A stretch of DNA of 64,000 nt, taken from Octopus sinensis. Lineage: Eukaryota. This document shows positions 63,011 through 64,000 of this stretch, one piece after another; position 1 is the first letter of the stretch; each line of letters opens with the position of its first letter. The notes below the pieces were generated by a model. It made no database searches, had not been told where the DNA came from, and was given only the letters and a program-made list of their open reading frames with translations. The DNA is taken from contig NC_042997.1 of NCBI RefSeq assembly GCF_006345805.1, forward strand, positions 80,600,001 through 80,664,000, given 5' to 3'. The translations under genes were made by a program, and so were the position numbers.

Positions 63011-64000
63011 ACTTTATAGTTCATACTTTTCTCTCCCCAGTTTAATTTTTTTTTTTATTCTTTTATTTGTTTCAGGCTGACTATACTGGAGCATTGCCTT
63101 CAAGAATTTTACTTTATCATATTGACCCAATCCTTATTTCAGACTGCTATTTATTTTATTGAATGACTGATTTATGCCTTTTGGAACAGCAACAGTTACA
63201 CACACACATATGCAACATGGGCTTTCATACAGCTCCCTTCAATCATACAGTTCCTTTCAATCAAATTCCACCCATTCTTTTCTTTCTTACAATAGAGGCA
63301 CACTTATCCAAAATACCACACAGTGGGATTGTACCACAAGGTTGCAAAGCAACTTTTTCGACCCCACACCTACAGTAGTTTTTCTCAGACCAGCATAGCA
63401 AAAAGGTTTTCTGTCCAAACTAAAGTTTGGAAAGAGCAACAGGATGAAAAAGTCACAGTAAATAGAAATATTAAAGTGTTTAAGAAACTTAGAGACGGAA
63501 TGATAGGGGGTGAAAAATTGGAAATTGAAGCAAGAACAATTTTTTTATAACTCCATGTTAAATATAAATAATTGTATGATTAACATAATTGCTAGAGTTC
63601 ACAAAAATTTTTTTACATTCAGTCTAGAACACCAACAATTTTAACTCTAGTATATTATAGTTATAAATATAAATGAGGTGGCAAGATAGTAATAAAATCA
63701 ACCAATTTTTGACAGTTAGTGTGACATTTACAATGTCAGTCATGCTTTACTTTTGAATATTTTTTTTTTTAAAGAACAGGTTATTATATGGTTAGGGAGA
63801 TCAAGACACAGAACAGCTTTAATTTTTACATTAAAAATAGCTGTCAAGGGGCAAGTTTAAATAGCCTGCATATTTAAAAAAAAAATACAAATGAAAAGAA
63901 TATATGATGGAACAATGAATACCAAGTTTGGTAGTAAAAACATCTTACAGTAGGAAACAGGATACAGGTTTTGAAAGATGGTAAATTTAGGAATTTACAT

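Overview
AT-rich animal genomic DNA made almost entirely of transposable elements, SINE-like repeats and microsatellites. From recall, the repeat families look like those of Octopus (coleoid cephalopod); this is inference, not a database result. Well supported by terminal repeats, target-site duplications (TSDs) or catalytic motifs: a near-intact pogo/Passer DD35D transposon (6833-8815); a Passer-type MITE nested in a mariner; two DD34D mariners; two DD37D (maT) relics; two 5'-truncated RTE LINEs, one with an uninterrupted 883-aa ORF carrying a PHD finger inside the RT; R4/Dong and CR1/L2 LINE relics; a short Helitron; four piggyBac-like MITEs; and two related non-coding TIR elements with exact 8-bp TSDs. 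No host gene, tRNA/rRNA gene or CRISPR array can be called confidently. Two weak, phase-consistent chains of candidate exons (+ strand 11.2-12.0 kb, - strand 16.0-22.2 kb) are reported at low confidence. I found no convincing wholly new biological system. The best leads are the 8-bp-TSD element family, a hammerhead-like motif, the RT-internal PHD finger, the hairpin-module arrays in the RTE 3' UTRs, and an internally deleted Dong element. SINE and degraded-LINE boundaries are approximate, and mismatch counts were made by eye.
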